Shown piece after piece: positions 48,807 to 61,875 of a stretch of 64,000 nucleotides of DNA. This DNA is from Octopus sinensis (lineage: Eukaryota). The translations under genes and the position numbers were made by a program. Below the pieces are notes generated by a model that saw only the letters and a list, made by a program, of their open reading frames with translations, was not told where the DNA came from and did no database searches. Each line of letters starts with the position of its first letter. Position 1 is the stretch's first letter. The stretch spans positions 20,522,001-20,586,000 of the forward strand of contig NC_043022.1 in NCBI RefSeq assembly GCF_006345805.1, given 5' to 3'.

Positions 48807-50133
48807 TATAACACCTGTTCGTTTATGTGTGATTAAGAAAACAATTAATTTTTTACGACATACACAAAAATTTCTTGGCTGTTTGGTAAGAAGTCTGCTT
48901 CCCAACCATATGCTTCAGGGTTCAGTTTCACTGCATGGCACTTTAGGCAAGTATTTTTTACTATAGACTTGGACTAACCAAAACCTTATGAGTGGATCTG
49001 GTGGAGGGAAACTGAAAGAAGCCCGACGTATATGTTCTTTTATACGTTTCAGCCCTAACGTATGCTGGAGCACCGTTCCTGTGTTTGTCCGCCTCCAACG
49101 ATTAGCAACCGGTGTTGGCGTGTTTTCGTCTGCGTAACTTAGCGGTTTAGCAAAAGAGAACAACAGAATAAGTACCAGGCATATAAAAAGACCCCCCCCC
49201 ACCCCAAAGAAACAACAAAACAAAACAAAAGTCTGGCGTAGATTCGTTAGTCTAAAATTCTTTAAGTCGGTGCCCCATCATGGCCGCAATCTAATGAATG
49301 AAACGGGTAAAAGATAAAAACGATAAAAAGATTTTTTTTTTAATGACGAAACTCCCCTGGAAAAAAAATAATGACTATGTTGATAATGATGATAATGACA
49401 ACGAAGAGTGTAAGAAGGAGTGGTTGGGGTCACGGTGGGGGAGTGGAGGGGCGGACGGGGTCGACATTATTTGAAAAGATTAGATAGTGGGTGACGCGTT
49501 ATTAACATCTTAAATGATTAGTTAGGTGTATAAGTCCAAAATCTAAACTCTAACAAAATCGTGTTCACAGGAGAAATTTTTGTCCACTGTGTTCATTTCA
49601 ATGTAAGGTGCTATATTATTCTGTCAGCAGGTAAGAAAAATTCCATATTATCATTATTATTATTATTATTATTGAGGGAGAGAGCAGTGCATGCCATCAA
49701 AGTGACACTGGGGTAAAATATACGAAGCCCAGTATACCCATCATGAATACCCGTCTGATAAGGGTACACCAGGCACATGCATCACAACCATATGTGCACG
49801 ACATGGTGATCTCATATCAAGATAAACAGCACATGACCTTACAGGTCGGGCCCAGTTAGAATTTTCTTCTGGTCGAATAGCCCAACCCGCTCAAAAAGTC
49901 CCTGAATAAGGGTTATCTAAAGATGATGAGACGAAACACCCAAGCTTTCAGACGTGAATAATTCAAACCCCAAAGAATTCCTCTCAACACATGGCCATGG
50001 TGTTCCCCCACTACTTCTGCTTGTGATCAACGATGCACATATCGTCAGCCACTAAAGGACATGCTCAACCGGTTAAGGTCAAACAACGGACAAGCAAATC
50101 TGTGGTATTGAGCAGAATATTCTATTATTATTA

Positions 50134-50245
<112 letters not shown>

Positions 50246-50247
50246 TG

Positions 50248-50299
<52 letters not shown>

Positions 50300-50852
50300 G
50301 GCTGCTGTTGTTGTTGTGAAGGAAGTAAGGCGTATGTTTTGAGCTCCGTTAACAGTTGTCAATTTTTGTTGAAAATTTATTGAACACTTGTTTTGGCGGA
50401 ATTATGATGTAAGCACATGCTAAAACCCCTCATAACCTTTTTTTTTTTTTTTTATGAAGTTTTGCAAAACTTTTTCGATTGTGCCTTCTGCATAATGGAA
50501 TTGATAGGATTATGCAAAAAATAATAATAATAATAATTAATCCCCCCCTTACTCCCCCACCCATTCCCATTTAAAAAAAAATTCATGGCTTTAAAATATG
50601 GATTGTCCGAATCTATCAATCGTTTCTCTTTATAATTTCCAAATAATTTTTAACTACTTCAAAATCAAAATTGTGTAAGTATGTGTGCCAGAAACAGAAG
50701 TTAAAAATTAAGGGAATACATTTTGGGGAGATCACTTTATTCTAATATCTTGTGAAACTTAAACATATACATGTATAAATGCATACAAAAACATAAATAT
50801 ATACACAAATACATTTTTACAGAGTTAGTTTTATATACATATTCGTATATAT

Positions 50853-51071
50853 CAGTGGTTTTCAACCAGGGTGCCGCGGAACCTTAGGGTTCCGCCAGTA
50901 CAGTCCAGGGGTTCCGCAAGAAGTTACAAAACTGCTAAAATCGGCAGTAATTTTTAATTCTCCTGAGCAGATATGTGTGCATAAGTCTATTAAATTATTG
51001 CACAGGGGTTCCTCGAGCCAGTCGAATGCTTCCTTGGGGTTCCGCTCCAGCAAAAAGTTTGAAAAGCACTG
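50853..51071. mobile_element. hAT MITE
   Basis: TIR cagtggttttcaa / ttgaaaagcactg with 8-bp target duplication gtatatat (50845-52 and 51072-79). Confidence 0.85.
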
Positions 51072-53089
51072 GTATATATATATATAAACTAGCTGACGTA
51101 CTCAGTAATTCCTGGGAAAACGGGGCTTATCCCTTGGTTCCGTTCTCATAATTGTTTCGCTAATCCAGTAACAGCAATACAAAGTATGTAGCCCTTAAAA
51201 CGGTTTTTGGGCATTTATTGAATGGGTTATTTCCCTTGGCTATATGTGAGAATCCCTTTCAGGAGTGAATGGGTTATTTTTCTTGGATGTTTAAAAATAA
51301 TATATTAGTTTTATGTTCCACGAGGCTCCGGCAGGGGGTGATGGCGATCCCTGCTGTACTCTTTCGCCACAACTTTCTCTCACTCTTTCTTCTGTTGGCC
51401 TGCTCGTCTAGCCAGCGGGGTGGCGTCATTTGAAGCGCATTGTGACCAGCGATGTGTAGCAACATCTGATAGGGGGTGGTGGCGATCCCTGCTGTACTTT
51501 TTCGTCACAACTTTCTCTCACTCTTTCTTCTTTTGGCCTGCTCGTCTAGCCAGCAGGATGGCGTCATTTGAAGCGCATTGTGACCAGCGATGTGTAGCAA
51601 CATCTGATAGCCTGGTCGGTCACAGTGATCACGGTGATATACATTCATACATACATTCACACAAGCACAAACACGTATGTAAACGGAGACAGAGAGAGAG
51701 AGAGTGGGATGAGAAGATAAAGAAATAGATATTCATATTGTCTATATGTTCATACATGCACACGTTTATGCATCTAAGAAAATGATTTCGTGGATTTTTT
51801 TTTCTAGTGCTTTGATTGTGGAGGATAATCTTAATACTCTTCTGAACAGGGATTTTACCGTTGACATTTCCTGTTTGTGTGAGGACATTCTCTGTCTCCA
51901 AGTAAGTATTTACGTTTCTTATTCGGGTTCTTGTTGCACACAGGTATGATGTATGCGCCATTTGATATTTTCGTAATTTTATGGCTTGAAACTGAATCAA
52001 TATATTGGTTTCAGATTTTGGTACAAGGCCAGCAATTTCGAAAGGAGGGATATCGACCCTCTAGTGCTCGACTGGTATTTATTTTATCGATCCCGAAAGG
52101 CTGAAAAGCAAAGTCGACCTCGGCGGAATTTCAACTCAGAACGTGAAGACAGACGTAATACCTATTTCATTTACTACCCACAAGGGGTTATACACAGAGT
52201 GGACAAACAAGGGCAGACAAACTGATTAAGTCGATTATATCGAACCCAGTGCATAACTGGTACTTATTTAATCGACCCCGAAAGGATGAAAGGCAAAGTC
52301 AACCTCGGCGGAATTTGAACTCAGAACGTAGCGGCAGACGTAATACCGCTAAGCGTTTTGTCCGGCGTGCCAACGATTCCGGCAGCTCGCTGGCTTGAAA
52401 TTGAATGAATATATTGGTTTCGCGACCAGTAATTTCGGAGGGGGAGGTAAATCAATTACATCGGCCCCATTCCGTAATGCTCAACTGTTATTTATTTTAT
52501 CGACCCCGAAAGGATGAAAAGCAAAGTCGACTTCAGCAGAATTTGAACCCAGGACGTAATGACGGAAGAAATGCCGCTAAGCATTTTGCTCGGTGCTAAC
52601 GATTCTGCCAGCTCCGTCACCTTAAAGCGCAGGGTGATGTTATTTTCAAGAAACGCTGTTGTATTCTCGCACAGAATCATTCTCATTGATGTTTGAAAGT
52701 TTTACTTTCTTCTCAGGAGACGGAAGTTGCAGGATAGTATTATTCTCTATAGCATTCTCTGACAGGATCATTGTCATTAAATCAGTTCACGATGTCCAAG
52801 AATTTTGTAGCCCTCTTGAGAAACGATATCATTTTCAAGGAAGAAAGTTCAATCAACATCATTTCCATCAATACTGTCAATGATGTCTGTAAATTTTATG
52901 GTAGATACTGTGGAATTCAGTCGTCATAAGAATTGATTTTGGTACTGAATAGCAAAGTGGAATTTAAACTCAGAACTACCCCAGTTACGCACCGGATTTT
53001 TTATGGATTTTTAAGTTTATGGATGTTAAAAGATTACCTTTAGCTAGTTCACACATATTCATACATACATTCATATATATATATATATA

Positions 53090-54118
53090 TCTTTATATAT
53101 ATAAAACTGAGAATGTGTGTATGTCTGTCTGTGTGTTTCCCTAAAACTTGAGAACTACACAACCAATTTCATTCAAATTTTACACATGCCTTACTTAGGG
53201 TCCATGTAGTTTCATGGGCAAAAAAATGTTCAACTTCTTGCCTAGAGCGAGCCCATAGCAATATCATATCTTCTCCACAATTTCAGTATTACGTGTTAAA
53301 GTGAAACAAAAATATTTCTCTATTTTATGTCAGATGCTTTCACTTTAACAATAAAAATAATAATAACAATTGAATTATATGTAGTAAGTAATAATTAAAA
53401 TCAAACTAAAGTATAATATAATCGTAACATAACAAAAGTAAAAATAGCAATTGGTATAAAATTGCATCAATGATTTGAACTTGAATAAGTGGTTTCACAT
53501 GAATGGGAATAAATTAAAAATAAAATTAGCGTGCAGAAATGGAATAGTCCAAATGGATAATAAAAAATCAAATTAAAGAAAAGACTATTGTCTATAAAGT
53601 ATACAATGTAGAGAAAAAAGAAGATTTGAACACATGGAGGAAAGCACCTTCGAAAAGTGTCTTGGTGCAACTATGAAAAATATCTAATCAGAGGCGGTAA
53701 ATTCGCCACAATAGAAGCAAGGTTCAAGTCAACGGAGCGTGCAAAAGAGTACTCGACTCGAACTTGCAAAGTGGAAATATTTTATCTTTACCTTTATATC
53801 TGGGACGTAGGACGTCCCGGAAAAAATTTTTAATGTGTCCCCCCCAGAAGTAGCGGTAGGCTGGATTGTAGCCACACTTCTATACAAAAGGGAGGACAAG
53901 ATACAATTGATCGAAATTACAAGAGACGGGCTAACAATTCCAGTCTGTTATATATTTTGAGTATTGTTATCACTAGCGATATCAAGATATAACTTTGTAT
54001 TTTGCATTTTATGTGTAGATGTATATATATAGATGTACATGTAATATGTACACATATATATACACATATATACATGCACTAGCTCTATGACCCGGCAACG
54101 ACGGGTCTTTAATACTAG
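53090..54118 (+). mobile_element. Non-autonomous Helitron (~1 kb)
   Basis: A|TC..tatataaaactgagaatgtgtgt start; hairpin gacccggcaacgacgggtc then CTAG|T. Confidence 0.65.
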
Positions 54119-54121
54119 TAC

Positions 54122-54210
<89 letters not shown>

Positions 54211-54233
54211 TGTATACCAACCTACCTACATGC

Positions 54234-54259
<26 letters not shown>

Positions 54260-54264
<5 letters not shown>

Positions 54265-54548
54265 TGGCAGGGCTGGACTGCTAGGTAGCCGGCCGTATGC
54301 TAGAACAGATCATCAACGATCAAACTACAAAGGAAGTAATTATGTAAGTAATTCTTTTGTTAAAGGCCGAAACCGAGGTATGCATTTAAGTCTGTTTTTT
54401 ATATAAATTTTCATCTGTCCTGCCCGCCAAATTTGGTTCTGGTGTTCGCTGAATTTTTCCTCTAGAGAATTTCCTTTGTAGTTTTGATCGTTGATGATCT
54501 GTTTCTAGCATACGGTCGGCTACCTAGCAGTCCAGCCCTGCCAATATA
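54260..54548. repeat. Fold-back element with ~77-bp near-perfect inverted arms next to (TA)n
   Basis: Arms 54260-54335 and 54471-54548; the spacer holds a hammerhead 3' half (ggcc-GAAA-ccgagg-TA). Confidence 0.8.
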
Positions 54549-54653
54549 CACATATACTAGAATTTTCTCTGACTTCTCAGATTTTTTGTATGCTGGACTA
54601 CTGGTTTTAAATTGATATTAAAATTAATATTAATTTATCTCTCTCATTATTTA

Positions 54654-54714
<61 letters not shown>

Positions 54715-54779
54715 TATATATACCTACCAATTTACCTACATACACACATACATGTATACATCGAAGATTTGCCAGCAGC

Positions 54780-55160
54780 TGTTTGCAAATGTTGACACGT
54801 CATTAATCTTGATCATTGGTTAATTCGCGAGAAACTTTCCGACAGCATCTGTTCATAAGGCCCAGTTTATGCAAGTATCGATTAATGGAGGCTTTGTAAA
54901 GAACCAAGTTCTGCCGACACTGTACGAGTGCTTGTGCTTGGTTGTTATTCAACCGCAGGGCCTCATCTTCCACAACGAAAGGTTCCTTCGTTTTGGCTTG
55001 TCACTGAGGCTGGTGTCACCTTCCTTAAAACGTCAGAACCAGTTTTGTGTTATACGTGCGTTGATTGTTCTTGGGCTTTCCACATCATTAACATCTTTTG
55101 CTACTGTCCTTGTACTTTGTTCTTTCCCCCGCAAGTAGTATAAAATGGCTCTAATTGAAA
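54780..55160 (-). mobile_element. Mariner transposase fragment
   Basis: Minus frame ...RTINARITQNWF*RFKEGDTSLSDKP...STRTVSAELG...INRYLHKLG (HTH region, with frameshifts). Confidence 0.75.
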
Positions 55161-55934
55161 TTTTTTCACCGCTCGTTATCAAAGTTGTAAAATGAACACA
55201 GTTAATGCTTTATATGTTACATATAAAGAATAAACGAAGAGTCAAAATAAAGAATAAACAATTCAGCAACGATTGGGCAATAAGTTGTATCAAATTAATG
55301 ATATATCTGTTTCTTTACTACCCACAAGAGGTTAAACACAGAGAGGATAAACAAGGACAGACAAACGGATTAAGTCAATCATATCGATCCCAGTGCGTAA
55401 CTGGTACTTAATTTATCGACCCCGAAAGGATGAAAGGCAAAGTCGACCTCTGCGGAATTTGAACTCAGAACGTAACAGCAGACGAAATACCGCTACGCAT
55501 TTCGCCAGGCGCGCTGACGTTTCTGCCAGCTCGCCGCCTTCATGGATATAGAAGTTGCCAGAAAAATCATCAATGAAGGTCCGAAAAAGCTTTTGACTCA
55601 CATATATTTATGTATGTATTTATATATGATGTTTGTTCTTTCTTGAGCCACGCCTGGTTCATAAGGGCCGGTATCACAGTTTCTTTGGCGTATAGTTTCC
55701 CCACATGGTCGGCACGCCGGTCCGTCGCAAGAGAGCTGCAAGATGCAGGAGGAAAGAGTGAAAGAAAGTTGTGGCGAAAGAGTTAGCAGAAGTTCGCCAT
55801 TACTTTCTGCCAGAGCCGCGTGGCGCTCAGGCGTTTCGCTCATAAACACACACATCGCCCGGTCTGAGATTCGAACCCGCGATCCCTCGACCGCGAGTCC
55901 GCTGCTCTAACCACTAGGCCATGTGCCTCCACAT

Positions 55935-55978
<44 letters not shown>

Positions 55979-56580
55979 CTATATATATATAGGCGCAGGA
56001 GTGGATGTGTCGTAAGTAGCTTGTTTACCAACCACATGGTTCCGGGTTCAGTCCCACTGCGTGGCACCTTGGGCAAGCGTCTTCTACTATAGCCTCGGGC
56101 CGACCAAAGCCTTGTGAGTCGATTTGGTAGACGGAAACTGAAAGAAGTCCGTCGTATATAAGTATATATATATATGCGTGTGTGTGTTTGTGTGTCTGTG
56201 TTTGTCCCCCTAGCATTGCTTGACAACCGATGCTGGTGTGTTTATGTCCCCGTTACTTAGCGGTTCGGCAAAAGAGACTGATAGAATAAGTACTGGGCTT
56301 ACAAAAGAATAAGTACCGGGGTCGAGTTGCTCGATTAAAGGCGGTGCTCCAGCATGGCCGCATTCAAAAGAGTAAAAGAGTAAAAGAGTATATATATATA
56401 TATATATATATATACAAATAAGAAAATGGAGGAACAGATTCCTTTCAATCATCGACTTACAGATATAACCAATTCATATTATTTATTAACTACTTAAATA
56501 GGAACATCCAAATCCAACAGAATAAAACAATATACATCAATGAGTAAGATAATACCATAAAAATATTACATATAAAATGG

Positions 56581-56745
56581 ATCTTACAGCTGTTTCAGCC
56601 TGTAGATAAAGGTATCTCATTGTGTCTATATTAGTCAGATGTATTGAGGTAATATGCAGTTATATCAACACAGGTAATATGAGGTAATATGCAGTTATAA
56701 ATGAATTACTTATATATATATATATCTCAAGGCCTCGTCAGAGAT
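56581..56745 (-). ncRNA. Hammerhead motif with a ~130-nt stem II loop
   Basis: Minus strand: atct-CTGACGA-ggcct...aggct-GAAA-cagctg-TA-agat; palindromic stem III ACAGCTGT; 4-bp stem I. Confidence 0.55.
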
Positions 56746-56845
56746 TATAAAGTACAATTATGAAAATATAAAATGCAAATATAAATATGAAACAAAATAC
56801 ACATACACAAGAATATATACAAGAATCTATATATATATATATATA

Positions 56846-56887
<42 letters not shown>

Positions 56888-56980
56888 TGTATATACATAT
56901 ATATGAATATAATAATATACATACACATAAGGTTACAGATAATCAAATATATATACTGGAGTATACATACATATATATAT

Positions 56981-57300
56981 AAAGTTAATCCAAACAAGAA
57001 AACAAAAAGACGACAACGCGAGGATGTGGAATAAATAAAGTATTATTGGACGCTCAGGAAAGAAGGGAAGAAGGAGGGTTTAACGTTTCGAGCGGAGCTC
57101 TTCGTCGGAAACATAGGAGAAAGAAAGATCCCGAGGCGGGAGGACAGAGGGAAAAAAATGCAGGTAGTCTTCACGAGGTCACATACTGAAAAGACGGAAG
57201 TGGTGAAAAAGGAGGAACATGTTTTTAAAAACAGGAGAGCTGAATCAAAAAAGGAATGGTAAAAAAGGTATGCGAGATGACAAAGGTGTGTGTGTGAGTG
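56981..57300 (-). mobile_element. Penelope-like element 3' end; inverted relative of 62130-62475
   Basis: Both carry ttccgacgaagagctccgctcgaaacgttaaaccctcc (variant hammerhead-like core). Confidence 0.55.
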
Positions 57301-57607
57301 TGTGCGTGTGTGTGTATGTGTGTGTATGGTGGACAATGGCTAGTGGCAGGCAGTAGTAGAATTAAAGGAGTGGTGTGGGGGTATATATATATGCTTAATT
57401 CATAATACAATAAGATGCACTGAATAGACTTAATCTAAATGACAACATTTGCTTCTGTACGCTAGTAACATCCATTATTTGCTGAGTTTTATATTTCATG
57501 CATATTACAATATAATTATCATAGAAATATGAACCAGCAACAGCTGTGTACTCGCACGTCATTAGGTGAATCACACACGCACACACATACTCACACATGT
57601 ATATATA

Positions 57608-57988
57608 TCTCTCTGTATATAAAGCTGAAGTTGTCTGTGTATGGCAGATTTGGTAGCCTTCAACTAACACTATCTCCTCCGAGACCCTGACCAAAATTGA
57701 GAATATGATAGAAGAAGGCTTGCTCTTCCTTCCGTAGAAGAAAAAATTCAAATCGGACCATGTTAACACCCAAAATTATTTACATCAAAAAGGTGCTTTT
57801 TTTTCTATGAAAATCCCTATTTTTTTACGATTTTTTGACTGCTGTGTCGTCATTTTTCGGTGTTTTTCAGCCAGAAAAATGTTCACTTAAAGAGAATAAC
57901 AAGCTACATAATGCAAAATTTTTAGTTTTCAACAATTCCAATTCTAAAGGGTCGAAACAAACCCGAGCAACGCCGGGCGATATTGCTA

Positions 57989-57989
<1 letters not shown>
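57608..57989 (+). mobile_element. Complete non-autonomous Helitron
   Basis: A|TC...tatataaagctgaagttgtc start; cccgagcaacgccggg hairpin then CTAG|T. Confidence 0.82.
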
Positions 57990-58072
<83 letters not shown>

Positions 58073-58492
58073 ATATAACGAACTATTTTTAAACAAGGAA
58101 AGAACCGTGTACAAGACATACAACACAAGGAATATTCCCCTTCTTCAGTTGTACCTGTTTCGTCTACTCCGCTTTTCGAAGGTAAGGACTGTTCTTAATG
58201 TCTTTTTCTTGTTATCACTTTTACCCCTCCGCAAAAAATCCCTAATTTTATTTAATTTGCTTTGCGGGAAGGATTGTTTCAACGAAGTCACGTCTTGTCC
58301 TTACTTTCGAAAACTTTTAAAAAGAGTACATTTTTGCCCTATTTTTAGATTTAGTTTTTTTCTGTTTGCGTTATTTGGTTGACATGGCATTGTGTTAAAG
58401 GCCAAAATTTTAGCTTTCATTTGCACCATGAGCCGTCAAAATATACAAGAAAAAAGTATCAAATTTCACAAAATTTTAAGTAATCATCAATA

Positions 58493-58551
58493 TCTATAAA
58501 GCTGAAATGCGAAAACCAAAACCCGAGCGAAGCATGGGTCAAAATAGCTAG
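58493..58551 (+). mobile_element. 59-bp minimal Helitron-like element
   Basis: A|TCtataaagctgaa...acccgagcgaagcatgggt...CTAG|T. Confidence 0.5.
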
Positions 58552-58639
58552 TATATATATATATATATATATATATAAGATTTAAGGTCTATTCTTTCAT
58601 ATTCTTTATATCTTTTTCATAACTTCCAACCCCAATAGA

Positions 58640-58748
58640 ATGATGAGGCTACTATTGAAGCTGTTCCGGAAGAAACCGGTGGACTGTAATGAATTGCAGA
58701 CGACCAAACTTTCTCGAGTTCTTACACTATTGGATCTTATACTCTTGG
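58640..58748 (+). CDS. SLC7A1/2-like: SLC7A/CAT gene 2, first coding exon (MMRLLLKLFRKKPVDCNELQTTKLSRVLTLLDLILLG)
   Basis: Acceptor AG at 58637-38 immediately before the ATG; GTGAGT donor; matches the CAT N-terminus L.RRK.VD......T.L.RCL...DL..LG. Confidence 0.92.
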
Positions 58749-59595
58749 GTGAGTTTTCAATCTTTTATTTCCTGACATATTGATATGTTTGGTTTTCGGT
58801 GTTTGATGTCTGAAGGAGAACAGGAATACAGAACACACGCATTTAGAGTGTAAAAATATAATGTTACAGGTTTTAGATATTTCTATGTCAGTTTAGCACG
58901 CTGGGAAAAATTCTTAGTGGTATTTCGCCCGTCGCTACGTTCTGAATTCAAATTCCGCCGAGGTAGACTTTACCTTTCATCCTTTCGCGGTCGATAAAAT
59001 AAGTACCAGTTGAATAATGGGATCGATGTAATCAACTCGTCCCTTTCCTCTTAATTACTGCCCTTGTGGTAAAATTTGAAACCGTTATATGCCGGACATT
59101 ATATATCAGGTATCGTATGTCATTGCTTTTCACAGCTGACTACTTTGCAGAATGCAGTGGAGGTGTGAAGACAATCTGGAAGTTCGCCGTGCAATAAGGT
59201 TTTGTGTTAGACCAGACAAAAACGCTACAGAAGCTTACGAAACGCTCCTCGTTATGATTAACTTGCATGAACCGAGAATCTGTTTTTCACTGGTACAAGA
59301 GGCCATTTGTGAGGTGAAATGGACATGTAGACAATAAGTACTTGATTTTCAGTAACACGTGATTAGATCCTGTGACTGGAAGTAAACTCCATAAAAGCTA
59401 TTAAGACTATTCCATATCTATTCTCCATAGACATTCTTTCCTTTTGTACTTTCATTTTTTAGGACGACAGGGAGCTGATGATTTGAAGATATGGTTGCTA
59501 TTTCTGACCAGTCGAAAGACCACTACGTACATAAAACCAATTTCATTGGCTCGACTTTAAATCATTGTTTTTTAGCCTTCTTTTTTTTCTTACAG

Positions 59596-59715
59596 GAGTG
59601 GGAAGTACCCTAGGAGCTGGCGCCTATGTGTTATCAGGAGAGGTTGCCAAGTCAAAGGCAGGTCCATCAATTATTCTGTCCTTCTTTGTAGCAGCCATTG
59701 TATCAGTGCTTGCAG
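59596..59715 (+). CDS. SLC7A1/2-like: SLC7A/CAT gene 2 exon ([40 protein letters not shown])
   Basis: ttttcttacag acceptor and GTTTGT donor; TM1 GSTLGAG signature. Confidence 0.95.
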
Positions 59716-60180
59716 GTTTGTTAACATCTTACTTTGGATTTGTCTTGTAACTTATTCTGGTGTTGAGTTTGCTTAGTTTTGTTGTCATTCAGATGTTAAC
59801 ATTTTCCCTCTTTTTCCATCATTTTATTATACTTTGAATAAGCATACATTCATTTCGTTTTTGAAAATTTCGATAGCTGCTTGTTATTGATGATATTGTT
59901 GCTGTTGATGAAGACACATGATCTTGTGGTTAGAGTGTTGCGCTCACGATTGCGAGATCGTGGGTTCAATTCCCGTACTGGGCAGTGCGTTGTGCTCTTG
60001 AGTTTATCTGACGTTGCTGTGCGATCACGTCGACATCTGACGTGTGGCACAATGTGCACCTGTACAGGTATTGTCGATTTGAGTTAAGAAGTGAGCTAAT
60101 GTACAGCACCATGTTCTTCAGATTAAGAGACTAACACGAAGTTGTTGTCCAGCTCCAGGCAGTCCCTGACAGAGTATACT

Positions 60181-60492
60181 TTGGCAGATGTAGATGGACC
60201 TAGGCAGATGTAGACAGACCTTGACAGATGTAGTCAGGCCTTGGCATACGTAGGCAGACATTGACAGATGTAGACTGAATTTGGCAGGCGTAGACAGACG
60301 TTGGCAGATGTAGATAGACCTTAGCAAACGTACTTAGACCTTGGCAGTTGTAAACAGACGTTGGCAAACATAGACAAACATTGAAAGACGTAAACAAACA
60401 TTGACAGACGTAGACAGACCTTGGCAGACATAGGCACCTTGGCAGACGTAGACCGACTCTGACAGAAAGAGACAGACTTTGGCAAACGTAGA
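60181..60492. repeat. 20-bp minisatellite (ttggcagatgtagacagacc), ~15 diverged copies, intronic
   Basis: Phased 20-nt periodicity read directly. Confidence 0.9.
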
Positions 60493-60677
60493 TGCCACGC
60501 TGTGGGGGTATAAACACAAAACTTTATTGTTGGGAAGCAAGCTTCTTAGCACATAACCATACCACACCTGAATAAACATAAGTACATTGTCTAAACCCAT
60601 CCAATAATTATTTGAAATGCTAACATTTTCTTTTTCTTTACCCTTTCTCTCTCAATTGGTCTTTCTTTTCCTGTCAG

Positions 60678-60806
60678 GGCTTTGTTATGCTGAATTTGGG
60701 GCCCGAGTGCCAAAGACTGGCTCTGCCTATGTCTATAGCTACATCACAATAGGTGAACTGATTGCTTTTATCATTGGGTGGAACCTCATCCTGGAATATG
60801 CCATTG
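60678..60806 (+). CDS. SLC7A1/2-like: SLC7A/CAT gene 2 exon ([42 protein letters not shown])
   Basis: cctgtcag acceptor and GTGAGT donor; near-invariant CAT motif. Confidence 0.96.
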
Positions 60807-61490
60807 GTGAGTAACTTTATTCCCCATATTTCGTTTTGGGATTTGGTTTGCAAGATTCTTTATATGAGTTCGTGCGTTGAAGCATATTCTGTTGTGTCAG
60901 GGGAGAGTCATTTTCTTTTTGTGCCTTATAATATATAACACACTCACCGGTAAAATTTCCACTTTTTTTCTTAATTTTATTTTCCTAAAATTTTCGTTGC
61001 GTCTTGCAACCTTTTCAATAGTTCATTCCCCATCTTTTTATGAACCACACCATTCTTTTAATTTCTCTTTGCTTTTCTCTCTCTCTCTCTCATTCAGATT
61101 CCCTCTCTTCCTGTCTGCGTATGAAGCGCTTGCTGTCTTGCGTTCCTCCTCAGTTGCATCCAATTTCTCAAACGCAGGGGGACATAGAACTGTGTTGTCT
61201 TTCTTTTATTTTCCTCTTGTCTCATTGTCAATTTTATTTTCAAGAACTGACAAAAGCGTTGAATACGCAGCAATTCCACTGAACTTTTTCTGACACTATT
61301 CCAAATAACAAAGGTCTTGATGTGCGCGCGCGCGCGTGCTTGTGCAACAATTAGCTTCACCACACACCGAAGTTTTAGAAATAGCAGTCAAAATCTTAGC
61401 TATTCTTTCTACTTTAAAGGGAGTTCCCAGAAAAACCAAAGCACTTGAAGACAAACCACGTAGGCAAAAGGGGAAAAAATGACGAAAATC

Positions 61491-61529
<39 letters not shown>

Positions 61530-61596
61530 CTAACGCAGCCAGTTCTAAAATCTCTAAAAGAGACATCCATAGTAACGATTTGTTGGCAACAAACAT

Positions 61597-61642
<46 letters not shown>

Positions 61643-61652
61643 TTATTTTAGA

Positions 61653-61752
61653 AGGAGCTTCTACAGGACTAGAACTGTTTCATTCAAAGGAAATCATCAG
61701 CTTCCTGATGATTTCTTTTGAATGAAACAGTTCTAGTCCTGTAGAAGCTCCT
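61653..61752. repeat. 48-bp hairpin with a 4-nt loop (one G-U pair), intronic
   Basis: Arms 61653-61700 and 61705-61752, loop cttc. Confidence 0.92.
61699..61749 (+). ncRNA. Minimal type I hammerhead motif in sense orientation within an SLC7A gene 2 intron
   Basis: agcttc-CTGATGA-t-ttc-tttt-gaa-t-GAAA-cag-ttctagtc-ctg-TA-gaagct; predicted GUA cleavage after 61743. Confidence 0.65.
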
Positions 61753-61828
61753 ATAAAATAAATTAATTTACTCTGCTATGTATTGAGTACCTTATTTACT
61801 GTGGTTAACCCCGACTCAACCCGGGACC

Positions 61829-61875
<47 letters not shown>

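Noticed and set aside
52717-52900. Possible first coding exon of SLC7A gene 2 (MSKNFVALLRND...FY|G, phase 1; FSRKKV in another frame)
   Set aside because: A far better match with consensus splice sites exists at 58640-58748; this segment could at most be a UTR exon
59491-59595. ATG-initiated frame MVAISD...TLNHCF resembling the CAT N-terminus
   Set aside because: Out of frame with GVGSTLG, ends in a typical polypyrimidine acceptor, and the true exon is at 58640
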